Source: Mobula hypostoma (taxonomy: Eukaryota). Taken from it: a stretch of 64,000 nt of DNA. This document shows positions 25,339-38,999 of the stretch, one piece after another. Every line of letters starts with the position of its first letter. The first letter of the stretch is position 1. Position numbers and translations under genes: made by a program. The notes under the pieces were generated by a model that made no database searches, was not told where the DNA came from, and worked only from the letters and a program-made list of their open reading frames with translations. The stretch covers positions 106,146,001-106,210,000 of the forward strand of contig NC_086107.1 in the NCBI RefSeq assembly GCF_963921235.1. Direction: 5' to 3'.

Positions 25339-28105
25339 AGATTTGGTATGTCACCAAAAACACCCAGAAGTTTCTACAGGTCTACCATGGAGAGCATTCT
25401 GGCTGGCTGCATCACCGTCTGGAATGGGTGGGGGTTGGGTGGTTACTGCGCAGGATCGAAGCCGCAGAGAGTTGTTAACTTAGCTCCATCATGGGCACGA
25501 GCCTCCGTAGTCTCCAGGACATCTTCAAGGAGCGACGCCTCAAAAAGGCGGCATCCATCATTAAGGACCCCCATTACCCAGGTCATGCCTTGTTCATGAT
25601 TGCTACCATCAAGAAGGAAGTATAGGGGTCTGAAGACACACACTCAACAATTCAGGAACAGCTTCTTCCCCTCTGCCATCCGATTTCTGAATGGACATTG
25701 AACCCATGAACACTACCTCACTACTTTTTTATTTCTATTTTTGTCCACTTAGTTAATGTAACTGTTTAGTACATACACTTACTGTAATTTTTGTTTTCTT
25801 CTCTCTATTATTATGTACTGCATTGTTCTGCTCACGCAAAGACAACAAACTTCATGACGTACGCTGGTGACGTTAAGCCCCATTCGGATTCTGATCCTAA
25901 CGTGCGTCTAAGTCAATGCTAGCATCTTCCAACCACTGATTTAGTCACTGCAGTGGACTGGAGTTGCATGTGGCAACGCCAAGCACTCCCTGGCCTTCGG
26001 GCTGGCACTGTTGCCCAGTGAGCTCGGTTAAACCTGGCGTCTGCAGGGTAGTTTCATTCAGTGAACGGTAGAAATCAGGTTCTGGAGAGTAGATAATTAG
26101 AGACATACAGCACAGGGAGTAGACCCTTTGGCCTACTGAGTCTGTGCCAACCATTAAGTGCCAATTTACACTAATCCTACACTGCTCCCGGTGCATTCTC
26201 CCTTTTTACAACCTACTCCCCTCCCTCACTAGATTCTGCCACTAACCCACACACTGAAGGCACTTACAGCATCCAAGGTAGCTGGATGTCTTTAAAATGC
26301 GGAAAGACACTGACATAATCAAACACCAACAAATAACACCCCATCTAAACCTTTAGCATTAAGGGTGGTGCCAATCAATATTAGGGAAGTTGAAGTCACC
26401 CCGACAACAACCCTATTTTTGCACCTTTCCAAAATCTACCTCGCAATCTGTTCTTCAGTGTCTCTGTTGCTACCGAAGGCGAGGGAGGTCCCTATAGAAT
26501 TCTTCCAATGGAGTAAATGCTCCCTTCCTGTTTCTGACTACCACCCCATGGACTCAGGGACACACATAATGCAATCCAGGTTCAATTCCCGCCGCTGCCT
26601 GTAAGGAGTTTGTACATTTTCCCTGTGGCCGTGTGGGTTTCCTCCCACAGTCCAAAGACGTACCGGTTGGTAGGTTAATTAGTCATTGTAAATTTTCCCA
26701 TAGTTAGGCTAGGATTCAAGCAGGAGGATTGCTGGGTGACACAGCTCAAAGGGCTGGAATAGCCTATTCCACACTGTATTGCAATAAATAAATAATACAA
26801 AATTAGACAGAGAGCAGGCAAACTCCACACAGACAGCACTGGAGGTCAGAGTTAAAACCAACTCCCTGGAGCTGCTCTGCTAGTTATAGGTTGTGCCACC
26901 CTTAATATTGTTTATTCTTAAACGTATTTTATTTAGCTTCATTTTTTTTTAACATGAAAATTGGTTAATGTGAAAAAAAAACAAGACTTTACTTTTCCTT
27001 TAAAAGCGTCTGCTAGGGTCTTCATGGGCGGCAGTCGGTGAACGGAGGGGTGGGGCCTCACCAAATGTCGGAGCTGTTCTGTGAGAGCCACGGGCTGCCT
27101 GGACCAAGGTTCTGGAATAGTTCCTCAGTTACACTGAAATGCTGAGGGTTGAGTTCCCAGCAGATGACAGTGCTAGAGGCGACAGTAAACGTAAAGGGCA
27201 ATGGAAGTGAAGGGTCCAGGAATGAGCTCGGTCGGCTGGTTAAGTGGTGTCACAGCAACAACGTTTCCCTCAAGTTCGGTAAGACCAAAGCATTAATTGT
27301 GGATTCCAACCCCCGTTGAGGGGTCAGCAGTGGAAAGAATAAGCAGTTTCAACATCATAATCAGGCTTAATATTACCAGTATATGTCATGTAATTTGTTA
27401 TCTTTGCAGCAGCAGTACAGTGCAATACATGACAAATGTAGAAAACAAAAGAATTACTATAAGTATATATACAGTAAATATAATGTTGGCATCCGTCAGT
27501 CTTGCGAGACCATGGAACTGCGCCTGGAAAGTCTTCACTCTCCAGGGCACAGGCCTGGGCAAGGTTGAATGGAAGACCGGCAGTTGCCCAGGCTGGAAGT
27601 CTCCCCTCTCCACGACACCAATGTTGTGTACAAGGGAGGGGCAAGGGCCGATCCAGCTTGGCGCCAGTGTCGTCGCAGGAGTTGCCTGAACGAGGTTGAA
27701 GGCAACGTCGGACTGCCTGAGGGACTCCAGCTCCGGATTTGTCCTCAGGGTTTACTCCCGAAGCCTTTCCCATCAGTGGGTATGGCCGCAAGGCAGCAGA
27801 GGTTTGAGATCAGAGTTTTCCCTCCCTTAGATGGACTGCCTTCCCAGGCTGACGAGCTCCATCTGCCCGACTGAGTATATACACCCTGCCTATAAAAAGT
27901 ATCGAGCTTTTCTTCAGCTGCCGCTGTCTCCGAGCCCACTTCTTTGACAAGGAGTCCACGTCCCGCGCTGATGACCCCTTCTCCCATGTTCACCCCTCCT
28001 CCTCTCTTTAGACACTCCACCCTGGCTCTCTGGCTGCTCTGGATTTTTTCATTTCTAACCCCCCCCCCCCCGCTACAAAACTGGGCATCTTCTTCCTTCT
28101 TTTCC

Positions 28106-28141
28106 AGTCCTGATGAAGGATCTCAGCCCGAAATGTCGACT
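28106..28141 (+). ncRNA. Minimal hammerhead ribozyme motif (duplicated counterpart at 6361-6396 minus)
   Basis: AGTC-CTGATGA-AGGAtctcagCCC-GAAA-TGTC-GACT. Confidence 0.55.
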
Positions 28142-28291
28142 GTTCACTCTTTTCCATAGATGCTGCCTGGCCTGCTGAGTTCCTCCAGCATTTTGTGTGT
28201 GTTGCGCTTACTCATCTATAGACAATTGGAGCAAGAATTTCCCCGGTGTCGTTTTAATAAGAAGGTAGATTGTATCCAAATAAACTGTTCT

Positions 28292-28850
28292 TGTCATAAC
28301 TGGGGGCACTGGTAGCGGACCCAAATGCAAGACACAGACACTGAAGTACTAGGAACTGGACTGGACTTAGGGACGGGACAGGACATAGACTAGCTGGGAC
28401 AGAAACACAGACTTGGGCTCGGACCTTGGCTAGGAAAGCGGGACCAGGACGAGGAACTGGGAACGAGGAGCCTGGGCTTGGAGTCTGAGCCAGCGACTGG
28501 ATAAGGACTAAACAAGGCTTGGGTTCTTCGAGGCTTGGCTACAGGACTAGGCGAGGCTTGGGTTCTTCGACGAGGGAATTCCAGCACAGGGTTGGGCAAG
28601 GCACATGGACAGGATGAGAACCCGAAGCCTTAACTTGATCTTGGGAGAACAGGAACACAGAACACGGAGCCCAGAGCCAGGACTCCTCCTTGGGAGCAGG
28701 ACGTAGGGCCAGGACTCGTACACAGCACACAGAGCCAGGATCCCCTCCTTGGGAACAGGACCAAGGGCTGGGGCTCTTTCTATACACAGAACACTGAACA
28801 CGAAGAGACAAATAAAGCAGAATGCAGACTTCACGGACCGGACCATGACA
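28292..28850 (-). mobile_element. Solo LTR (probably Gypsy-type), present only in the right arm
   Basis: Termini TGTCAT...ATGACA with flanks GTTCT/GTTCA (5-bp TSD, one mismatch). The empty site is in the left arm near 6213. Orientation is inferred from recalled fish Gypsy LTR ends. Confidence 0.8.
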
Positions 28851-29062
28851 GTTCACCTCTTGCCTCTGTCCTCAGTGTTGGTACTACTGTGTATCTGTGT
28901 CCTTTATCTGGATTTACCTCATTTTTTTTAATGTTACCGTTTCTCAAGATCTTCTAAATCTTATTTATCTCTCTTGCTGCGCCATTATGTTTCTAAACAT
29001 AGCAAACTTGTTCAGAAAGGAAATCTATCAATTCGGTGCTCAACTTCTTAAAAACAATCTCT

Positions 29063-29466
29063 CTGTCTCTCCAACAGTGAGGCACCCCCTCGGTACCATC
29101 CCTCTGACAGTGTGACACTCCCTCGGTACTGTCCCTCTGACAGTGTGACGCTCCCTCGGTACCGTCCCTCTGACAGTGAGGCACTCCCTCAGTACTGTCC
29201 CTCTGACAGTGAGACACTCCCTCGGTACTGTCCCTCCGACAGTGCGACACTCCCTCAGTACTGTCCCTCTGACAGTGAGACACTCCCTCAGTACCGTCCC
29301 TCTGACAATGTGACACTCCCTCGGTACTGTCCCTCCGACGGTGAGGCACTCCCTCAGTATCGTCCCTCTGACAGTGCGACACTCCCTCGGTACTGTCCCT
29401 CTGACAGTGAGACACTCCCTCAGTACTGTCCCTCCGACAGTGAGACACTCCCTCGGTACTGTCCCT
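29063..29466. repeat. 33-bp minisatellite, about 12 units, reverse orientation
   Basis: Reverse complement of the same unit at the paralogous position in the right arm. Confidence 0.95.
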
Positions 29467-30474
29467 TTAAGTTCTTGTTTTGAATTCAGCTTATTGTGCC
29501 CAATCCCGCATAAACTCTCTTAATGTCCCATGCCTCAGTATACTTGCCCCAGGGTCTCCCATCGAATTCCGTCTGAATCTGGGTGGGAAGGGAAAGGGAG
29601 AGGGGGAGGGAGAAAGAGAGGGAACGGAAGTGAGTGAGGGAGAGGGAGAGGGGGAGGGAGAGGGAGAGAATGTAATGGTTGTAGTTGATGACCTGTTATT
29701 AGATTTGAAGTATTAATACTGTTTCTCTCCCTCACTTCAAGTGCTGGCTTCAATTAGAACAAACTCATCAGTCCTATCTCATCTCCTCTTATCTCTCTGC
29801 ATGCACTCTGCAATTCCTTTCTGAATGCTTTGCTAATTACCCACATCAAAGGGGAATACACAGTAGCCAATTAACCTCTGCAACGTTAACTCGGACAACT
29901 TGAAGTGACCCCCACGGTTATGGGAGAGTGTACACGCTCCATTCAGGCAGTGCTGAAGGTCAGTACTGATCGTCAGTTCTTGCAGTTACAAACCTGCCTA
30001 CTTTGACAGCTCTCTCCGGTATTCCCTGCTTTTATTTCAGGTTTCTGATTACTGCAGGTTTTTGTTTTTTTTTTCAACTTGTTAAAAGAAACATTCGCTT
30101 TTGTTTCTGCATTGCTGATGACCAGAGATTTGCTCCATCTGGGTACCGATCTTCTTTGCCGCAGAAACAGATTCAATAACTCCAGAGAGAAAAGCCTTCA
30201 TTACTTTCAACTGTCCTTTTGGAATATTTTTCCAATCTCTCTTTGCTGCATCCGCTGAACACAGGCAATATTTGTGTGTTCCTCAGCTCCGCGCACATGC
30301 TTTCATTTGTCTTTATTCAGTTATATAATGAGGATTCATTCAGGGAAAGCGACCAGACGCAGAGAGGAAGTGAAAGTGGCCACAGCCAAATTCAAATGCT
30401 TAGTCACTGACACATCGTGGATTCAGTAACTACTTTCAGCTAATTTTCCTAATTATGCAATGACGGTGAACCTC

Positions 30475-30971
30475 CGCTCAGTGGCCACTTTATTAGGTAC
30501 ACCTGTACACCTGCTCGTTAATGCAAATATCTAATCAGCCAATCACGTGGCAGCAACTCAATGCATAAAAGCATGCGGACACAGTCAAGAGGTTCAGTTG
30601 TTGCTCAGAATGAGGAAGAAATGTGATCGAAGTGACTTTAACCGGACGGGATGGTTTGGGTATCTCAGAAACTGCTGAAACACTAGAGTTTACAGGGAGT
30701 GGTGTGAAAAACAAAAAAAAAACAGTGAGCGGGATTTCTGAGGGTGGAAACACCCTGTTTATGAGAGAGGTCAGAGGAGAACAGCCAAACCGGTTCAAGT
30801 TGACTGGAAAGCAACACTAACTCACATAACCACACGTTACAACAGTGGTGAGCAGAAGAGCATCTCTGAATGCACAACACATTGACCCTTGAAGTGGACG
30901 GGCTACAGCAGCAGACGACCATGAACACTCACCCAGAGGCAGGAGGTCCTTAATGAAATGGCCACTGAGTG
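30475..30971 (+). mobile_element. Internally deleted Tc1/mariner element (left-arm copy 3425-3876 lacks one TIR)
   Basis: Both TIRs present; GLGISETA remnant. Confidence 0.8.
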
Positions 30972-30994
30972 TACAGATAGAATAAAACTGTTCA

Positions 30995-31750
30995 AATTTG
31001 AAGACAGAATATAATATTAATGGTGAGACTCCTGGCAGTGTGGAGGATCAGCGAGATGCTGGGGTTCACGCCCAAAGGACACTCAAAGCTGCTGCGCAGG
31101 TTGACAGTGTTGTTAAGAAGTCATTTGGTGTGACGGCCTTCATCAACTGTGGGATTGAGTTCAAGAGACGTGAAATAATGTTAAAGCTATATAAGACCTT
31201 GGTCAGACCCTTCTTGGAGTGCTGTGTTCAGTTCTGGTCACCTCACTACAGGAAGGATGTGGATACTATAGAGAGAGCGCAGAGGAGATTTACAAGGATG
31301 TTGCCTGGATTGGGGAGCATGCCTTATGAGAATAGATTCAGTTAACTTGGCCTTTTCTCCTTGGAGTCATGGAGGATGAGAGGTGACCTAATAGAGGTGT
31401 ATAAGATGACGAGAAGCATTGATCATGTGGATAGCCAGAGGCTTTTCCCCAGGGCTGAAATGGCTAACACGAGGGGGCATAGTTTTAAGGTGCTTGAAAG
31501 TAGCTACAGAGGTGATGTAGAGATAGGTGTCGTACACAGAGAGTGGTGGGTGCGTGGAATGCACTGCCAGTGACAGTGGTGGAAGTGGATACAGTAGGGT
31601 CTTTAAAGAGAGTCTCAGATAGGTACATGGAGCTTAAAAAAATAGGGGGCTATGCAGTAGGGAAATTTTAGGCAGTTTCTAGAGTAGGTTACATGGTCAG
31701 CACAACATTGTGGGCCGAAGGGCTATAGATGTCTCTGTTCTATGTTCTAT
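30995..31750 (+). mobile_element. Degenerate CR1 LINE 3' fragment (duplicate of 2635-3400)
   Basis: Same 5' truncation point and flanks as the left-arm copy. Confidence 0.88.
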
Positions 31751-34700
31751 TCAGCCAAGCTAGTCCATTCTACTGCTCTTTGCTTCATAACAACGTCTTG
31801 CTAACATGCCTCATTTCACCCTATCACCCCATTTTCATGGAGACACAAGAACCTTCAGATGCTGGAAGCTGAAGAGAAAAAAAAATGAGTTGCTGGAGGA
31901 ACTAAGCATCTGTGTGGAGAGAATTGGGTAAACGAAGTTTCAGGTCAGGCATACAGATGGACGAAACTGAAGGGCCTTGATCCAAAATATTGACTGTCCA
32001 CGTCCTCCTACTGATGCTGCCTGGTTCTTCCAGCAGCTCATTTTTTCATCCCTGTTTCATATTCTTCTTCCCCACCCCAAGCTTCCTCTTCAATGTATCT
32101 CTGTCCTGCAGTGCAACCACACTCACGAGAAGCTCTCCCCAATCACTGTGACGATCTTAAAAAAGCACATCTCCAATCAGCTCTTTGACAGAAAGGAACT
32201 CTTGCCTGTTTGCCTAAACCACTCAAAAGCCTCTACAGATGTACTGTAGGGAGCATTCTGACAGGCTGCATCACTGCCTGGTATGGGGAGGGAGGGCTAA
32301 TGCACAGGATCGAAAGGAGCTGCAGAAAGTTGTAAAATGAATCAACTCCATCATGGGTACTTGTCTCCACAGTATCCAAGCTACCTTCAAGGAGCGGTGC
32401 CTCAGGAAGGCAGCGTCCATTATTAAGGACCCTCATCACCTCATGACCCTCCTCTCATTGTTAGTGTCAGGTAGGAGGTACAGGAGCCTGAAGGCACACG
32501 CTCAGCGATTCAGGAACAGCTTCTTCCCCTCTGCCACCCGATTCCTAAATGGACATTGAACCCATGGACACTACCTCACCTGTTTTAAAAGTTATTTCTG
32601 TTTTTGCACTACTATGTTTAATTCAGCTATTTAAAATACATACAGACATTTACCGTAATACTCTTTTTTCTATATTTATCATGTATTGCATTGTACGGCT
32701 GCCACTAAGTTAACAAATTTGACAACATATGCTGGTGATATTAAACCTGATTCTGATTATAAACTGAAGTAATTCCTGTAAACCCAATTTTCACTTTCTA
32801 ATTTGCTTCTAGGGCTCTTTGTAAAATAGAAACTAGAGCTGACTGTGGTATTAATCTTTGTCTTGTTTTGAAAAACACCCATTTAACCATGGAGATTGAA
32901 ATAAAAGGCTACAAAGAAATCACTTTTCAGGCCATTACTGTACTTAGAGCCTCTCTCTCTGCTCAACCACAAAGAAAATTTAGTTTTAATTTTCAGCTTG
33001 AAGTGGTATATCCACTTTTATCTGAGTAGCTAATGGTTACAGTGGTGCCCTAGACTCATGCAGTGGCGGAGCATTACAGAACCAAAACAGGCCCTTCCGC
33101 TCATGCCGGCCTGGTTCTCTGCCCGTTCCCATACACCTGCACCTGGACAATAGCCCTCCGTCCCTTTCTGATCAATATATCTCCGACACTTCTCTTAACT
33201 GTTCCAGTCAAACCTGCACCTGCCAGTTCTGCCGGCAGCTTGTTCCACACTAGCACCATGCAGTGAGTGATGCAGCTCGCCCTCAGATTCCTCTTAAATA
33301 CTCCTAGCTCTAGTTTCTCCCAACCTCAGGGGGAGGATCCTGTATGCATTCACCCTGTTTGTACCCTTCATAAGTTTGTGTTCCTCTTTACGAACTCCCC
33401 TCATTCTCATGCGCTCCAGGGAATCAAGTCCAAACCTATTCAACCTCTTCCTGTAACTCAGGACTCGTACCAGCGACATCCCTGTCAATATTCTCTGCAC
33501 TCTTTCAGGCTTATTGATAAAACATTTCCCTCCCCCTCCTCTCTTCTTCAATTTCCCACTCTGGCCTCTTACTTTTTCTCATCTGCTTATCATCTCCCCC
33601 GATGCCCGTCCTCCTTCCCGTTCTCCTATGGCCCACTCTCCTCTCCTCTCAGATTCTATCCTCTCCAGCCTCTTACCTTTCTCACCCACCTGGGTTCACC
33701 TATCACATTCTAGCTCTCCTCCTTCCCCTCTCTCACCTTTTTATTCTGGTATCTTCTCCCCTTCCTTTCCAGCCCTGAAGAGGGGTCTCAGCCCGAAACG
33801 TTGACTGTTTGTTCGTTTCCACAGATGCTGCCTGACCTGCTGAGTTCCTCCTGCATTTTGTGTACGTTGCTCTGGATTTCCAGCTTCGGTCGAATTTCTT
33901 GTGTTTTTGTTGTGTTGTAGGGAGGTGACCAGAACTAAATTTGGCCTTACCAACATCTTCTACGGCTACAATATAACATCCCGACTCTTGTACTCAATGG
34001 CCTGATTTATGAAGTTCAATCTGCCAAAAGCTCTCTTTCCAACCGTATCTACCTGTGATGCCGCTTTCAAGGAATTGTTCCCAGGTCCCTTTGTTCTCCC
34101 ATTCACCCTAATTGCCTTATCTCCTTGCCTGCCCATCACCTCCCTCTGGTGCTCCTCCCCCCGTTTTCTTTCTTCCATGGCCTTCTGTTCCCTTCATTCC
34201 TCCCCCACCAGGTTTCACCTGTCACCTGGTGTTTCCCTCTCCCCTCCCCCACCTTTTAAAGCTACTCCTCAGCTTTTTTTCTCCAGTTCTGACGAAAGGC
34301 TTCGGCCTGAAACGCCGACCGTACTTTTCTCCGTAGATGCTGCCTGGCCTGCTGAGTTCCTCCAGCATTTTTTGTGTGTGTTGCTTGGATTTCCAGCATC
34401 TGCAGAGTTTCTTGGTTTGTTTGTGACCTTATAGCCCTGTCCTTCACTTTGTGTGTCATACCTTGGCTTTTCTTCCCAAAGTGCAACACCTCACTCTTGC
34501 CTGCATTAAAGTCCTGTCCTGTACAATTTAAGCTTTCTTACTCATTCCTCGAGTGCAAGCACATTACACACTCACAGAGGCCACCTTGTTATTCAGCAAT
34601 AATGATCAATAATTTCCTCAGCAGGGTGAGCAGTTTCGCGTTCCTGGGTGTCAGCATCTCTGAAGATTTATCCTGGGACCGACCTATTGATGCAAGTTCA

Positions 34701-35273
34701 CAGAAGCCACAGCGGCGGCTGTATTCCATTAGGAGTTTGAAGAGATATGGTCGTCACCAAAGATTCCAGCAAGTCTCCACGTACGTTCGGTGAAAGGGCA
34801 TTCTAAGTGGTTGCACCACTGTCTGGTAATGGAGGGGCCACCGCACAGGATCGGAAAGGCTGCAGAAAGTTGCAAAAGCCGTCAGCTCCATCCTGGGCAC
34901 TAGCCACCCCAGCATCGGGATCTTCAAAAGGCAATGCCTCAGGAAGGGGACATCCGTAATTAAGGACCCCCATCACCCAGGAAATGCTCACTTCTCATTG
35001 CTGCCGTCAGGAAGGAGATACCAGGAACCTGAAGACACACAATCAATGTTTGGAACAGCTTCTTCCCCTCAGCCGTCAGATTGCTGAATGAACAATGAGA
35101 ACAGCCTTACTATTTTCTTTGCTCTCTTTCACACGACTTGTTTGTGTATATATATAGTATATTTCCGTTTGCAACTTATAGTTTTTTTATGTATTGCACT
35201 GTTTCTCTGCTGCAAAACAAGACATTTCATGACATATGCCAGTGATATGAAACCTTATTCCTATTCCTACCTA

Positions 35274-36386
35274 ATCAACAGCATCCGCCCTGCTCTGCTG
35301 GGGGAGAAGCTGACAGCGATGCAGGTGGATGCTTTCCTGGTATCATGGATTCTTGATTACCTGACTGGCAGACCACAGTACGTGTGCTTGCAACACTGTG
35401 TGTCTGACAGAGTGATCAGCAGCACTGGGGCTCCACAGGGGACAGTCTTGTCTCCCTTTCTCTTCACCATTTACACCTCGAACTTCAACTACTGCACAGA
35501 TTCTTGTCATCTTCAGAAGTTTTCGGATGACTCTGCCATAGTTGGATGCATCAGCAAGGGAGATGAGGCTGAGTACAGGGCTATGGTAGGAAACCTTGTC
35601 ACATGGTGTGAGCAGAATTATCTGCAGCTTAATGTGAAAAAGACTAGGGAGCTGGTGGTAGACCTGAGGAGGGCTAAGGCACCGGTGACCCCTGTTTCCA
35701 TCCAGGGGCTCAGTGTGGACATGGTGGAGGATTACAAATACCTGGGGATACAAATTGACAATAAACTGGACTGGTCAAAGAACACTGAGGCTGTCTACAA
35801 GAAGGGTCAGAGCCGTCTCTATTTCCTGAGGAGACGGAGGTCCTTTAACATCTGCCGGATGATGCTGAGGATGTTCTACGGGTCTGTGGTGGCCAGTGCG
35901 ATCATGTTTGCTGTTGTGTGCTGGGGCAGCAGGCTGAGGGTAGCAGACACCAACAGAATCAACAAACTCATTCGTAAGGCCAGTGATGTTGTGGGGATGG
36001 AACTGGACTCTCTGACGGTGGTGTCTGAAAAGAGGATGCTGTCCAAGTTGCATGCCATCTTGGACAATGTCTCCCATCCACTACATAACGTACTGGATGG
36101 GCACAGGAGTACATTCAGCCAGAGACTCATTCCACCGAGATGCAGCACAGAGCGTCATAGGAAGTCATTCCTGCCTGTGGCCATCAAACTTTACAACTCC
36201 TCCCTTGGAGGGTCAGACACCCTGAGCCAATAGGCTGGTCCTGGACTTATTTCATAATTTACTGGCATAATTTACATATTACTATTTAATTATTTATGGT
36301 TTATTACTATTTAATTATTTATGGTGCAACTGTAACAAAAACCAAATTCCCTCGGGATCAATAAAGTATGACTATGACCATGACTA
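35274..36386 (+). mobile_element. Rex1/Babar-type LINE, 5'-truncated, open RT frame
   Basis: Motifs WILDYLTGRPQYV, GAPQGTVLSPFLF, QKFSDDSAIVG, KGQSRLYFLR; AATAAA followed by an (ATGACT)n tail. Confidence 0.88.
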
Positions 36387-37326
36387 CGAAGAGACTTGCA
36401 CATAACTGTTTAAAATAAATCAGAACCACAAAGCTTGGTCTGTCACTGCACAAAACAGTCCAGGAACTGATGTAGAGGCAATAGGGTAAACACAATCCGT
36501 CAAATGGTGCCAGAATCTCACAAGAGAAAGGGCAGCTTCCTGACGGATCTGGAGTATAAACTACAGGACAGGGCGCAGGCAGCAAGAAAATAAAGTATGG
36601 AGGAGATTTAATGATCCCTTGCCTGTCCTTCTGTCCGATAGAAGGGGTATTAGTTTAAGGCGATTGGAGGAGATGATGTGTGCAGGAGATGTCAGAGGTA
36701 TTTTTTTTACACCGAGATTGGTGGGTGTGCAAACCGCTCTATATTGGGGGTGCTAGAGGCAGATACATTGGAGACCTTTAAGAACCTCTTGGATGGCACA
36801 TGGATGATAGGAAAAAATGGGCTGCAAGGGCTTCGAGGTCTTTGTCATTCATCCTATGGGATTTTGTTTTGCGGATGTCTGTGAAGAGTACAATGTTAGG
36901 CTGTGTGCTGTATACATTCTCTGACATTAAGATGAACCTCTGAGTGAGGGCTATGTGGAAGGGAAGCATTAGTTTGATCTTAAAGTAGGTCCGAAGGTTG
37001 GCACACCCTCCTGGGTTGAAGGCCGGTACTTCACTGCAATGTTCTATGCTGGACAAGCAATCCTTGCACACCAGGCTGCATTTCAATGATGAGGCAAGTG
37101 AAGTTGAGTGAAGAGCCTGATTCTTGAGGGGTAATACCTGTTATTAAGCTATTAGTTTCCTGAATCTGGTGATGTGAGAACAAGTTACGGTCTTGAACCA
37201 AAGCTGGTAACTTCACTCAACTTCACTTGCCCCGTCACTGAAGTGTTCCCACAGCCAATGGTCTCACTTTCAAGGACTCTTCATCTCATGTCCTCAATAT
37301 GTATTGCTTATCTATCTACCTGACCC

Positions 37327-37585
37327 GGCTGGTGGCGTAGTGGCATCAGCGTCGGACTACGGGACGAGAGGTCCGGAGTTCGAATCCAGCCGGCTCCCCT
37401 GCACGCTTTCCATCCGTGCTGGGTTACGAGCTGGTGATCTCTTTGGAAACTCACCCGGCAGAAGGAAATGGCAAACCACTGCTGTAACTTGCCTCGTACG
37501 CGGTTCCCCACTATGTCAGAGAGGCGTGGAGGGAAATCGTCCGCTAACCGGAGAAACTCCAGATGCAACGTACCTTTCCTTTCCA
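37327..37585 (+). mobile_element. tRNA-derived SINE, second family (copies near 11178-11375 and 38852-38990)
   Basis: A box TGGCGTAGTGG, B box GAGTTCGAATCC; TACCTTTCCTTTCC tail. Confidence 0.8.
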
Positions 37586-38999
37586 TCTAGCTATCTATTT
37601 ATTTATCTATCTATCTATCTATCCATTTATGTATTATGTATTTATTATTTTTTTCTTTTTGTACTTGCACAGTTTTTTTGCCTTTTGCACACTGGCAACA
37701 CCCAAGTTGGTGTGATCTTTCATTGATTATACGTAGTTAAGTTAAATTAAGTAGTGCAAAAATAGAAATAATTTTTTAAAAAGTGAGGTGGTGTTCAAGG
37801 GCTCAATGTCCATTCAGAAATTGGATGGCAGAAGGGAAGAAATTGTTGAGTGTGTGCCTTCAGGCCTCTGTACCCCCCCCCCCCGATGTTAACAATGGGA
37901 AGGGGGCATGTCCTGGGTGATGGCGGTCCTTAATGATGGATGTCCCCTTCCTGAAGCATCGCTCCTTGAAGATGTCTTGGATACTATGGAGGCCAGTACC
38001 CATGATGGAGCTGACTAATTTTACAACTTCCTGCAACTTACTTTGACCCTGTGCAGTAACCCCCCCCCCCCACATACCAGAGCGAATGCTCACCACAGTA
38101 CATCTGTAGAAGGTTTTGAATGTTTTAGATAACAAATCTAATTTTCTCAGACTTTTAATGAAATATAGCTGATGCCTTGCCTTTTTTATAGCTGCATCGA
38201 TATTTTGCATGTTTGAAGACTTGCCCTGGGCCTAACATATTGATACAATTACGAAAAGGGCATGCCAGCATTCATATTTCATTAGGAGTTTGAGGCAATT
38301 TCTGTTACAAATATACCCTGGAGAGAATTCTAACAGGCTGCATTACCGTCTGGTTTGGAGGGGCCACTGCACAGGATCGGAAAAGGTTGCAGAGGCTTGT
38401 AACCTCAGCCAGCTCCCATCATGGGCACGAACCTTCACTCCATCGCAGGCATCTTCAAAATTCAATGCTTCAGAAATGGACCCCAACCAACCAGGATGTG
38501 CCCTTTTCTCACTACTACCTTCAGAGAGGAGATACAGGAGCATCTCACCCTAACCATGGACTTTTTACTCTCCTCCCATCCGGTAGGCGCTACAGGAGCC
38601 TCCGCTCCCGCACCAGCAGGCACTGAAAGAGCTTCTTCCCTGAGGCTGTGACCCTGCTGAACCTCTCATCACAGCGCTAAGCAGTATTGCACCCATATTG
38701 TATTGTCTCAGTACTTTTATATTTGTGTGCTGTAGCACTTCCTTTTTATTCGCACTTATTTTGTAAATAATACTATTCTTTGCAACAGGGTTGTTGTCAA
38801 GGGTGACTTCAACCTCCCTAATATTGATTGGCACCCCCTTAGAGTTTAACCAGGCAGTGGTGTAGTGGCATCCACATGGACTCCGAAACAAATGGTTCCA
38901 GGTTCGAATCCAGCCAGCTCCTTGCATGCTTTCCATCCGTGCTGGGTTCAGCATTGAGCTAACAACTTGGCATTGTAAAAATTTGACAAAAATCCCAAG

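Larger units (their letters stand above)
27901..33959. repeat. Right arm of the inverted segmental duplication
   Basis: Reverse complement of 1346-6587, with arm-specific indels at 28292-28850, about 30303-30519 and about 31786-32672. Confidence 0.95.

Noticed and set aside
26341..26415. Short inverted match to 38787-38845
   Set aside because: Both are CR1 endonuclease-region scraps (GDFN.PNIDW), explained by a common repeat.
1346..33959. The inverted duplication as a giant DNA transposon (Polinton/Teratorn-like) or an assembly artefact
   Set aside because: The arms are mosaics of old host repeats with no TSD and no transposase or viral genes in the spacer. Many substitutions and arm-specific indels argue against a simple misassembly, although reads are needed to exclude it.
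35088..36233. 381-aa ORF as a host gene
   Set aside because: The first ~62 codons are read-through from an adjacent older LINE tail; the rest is truncated Rex1-type RT.
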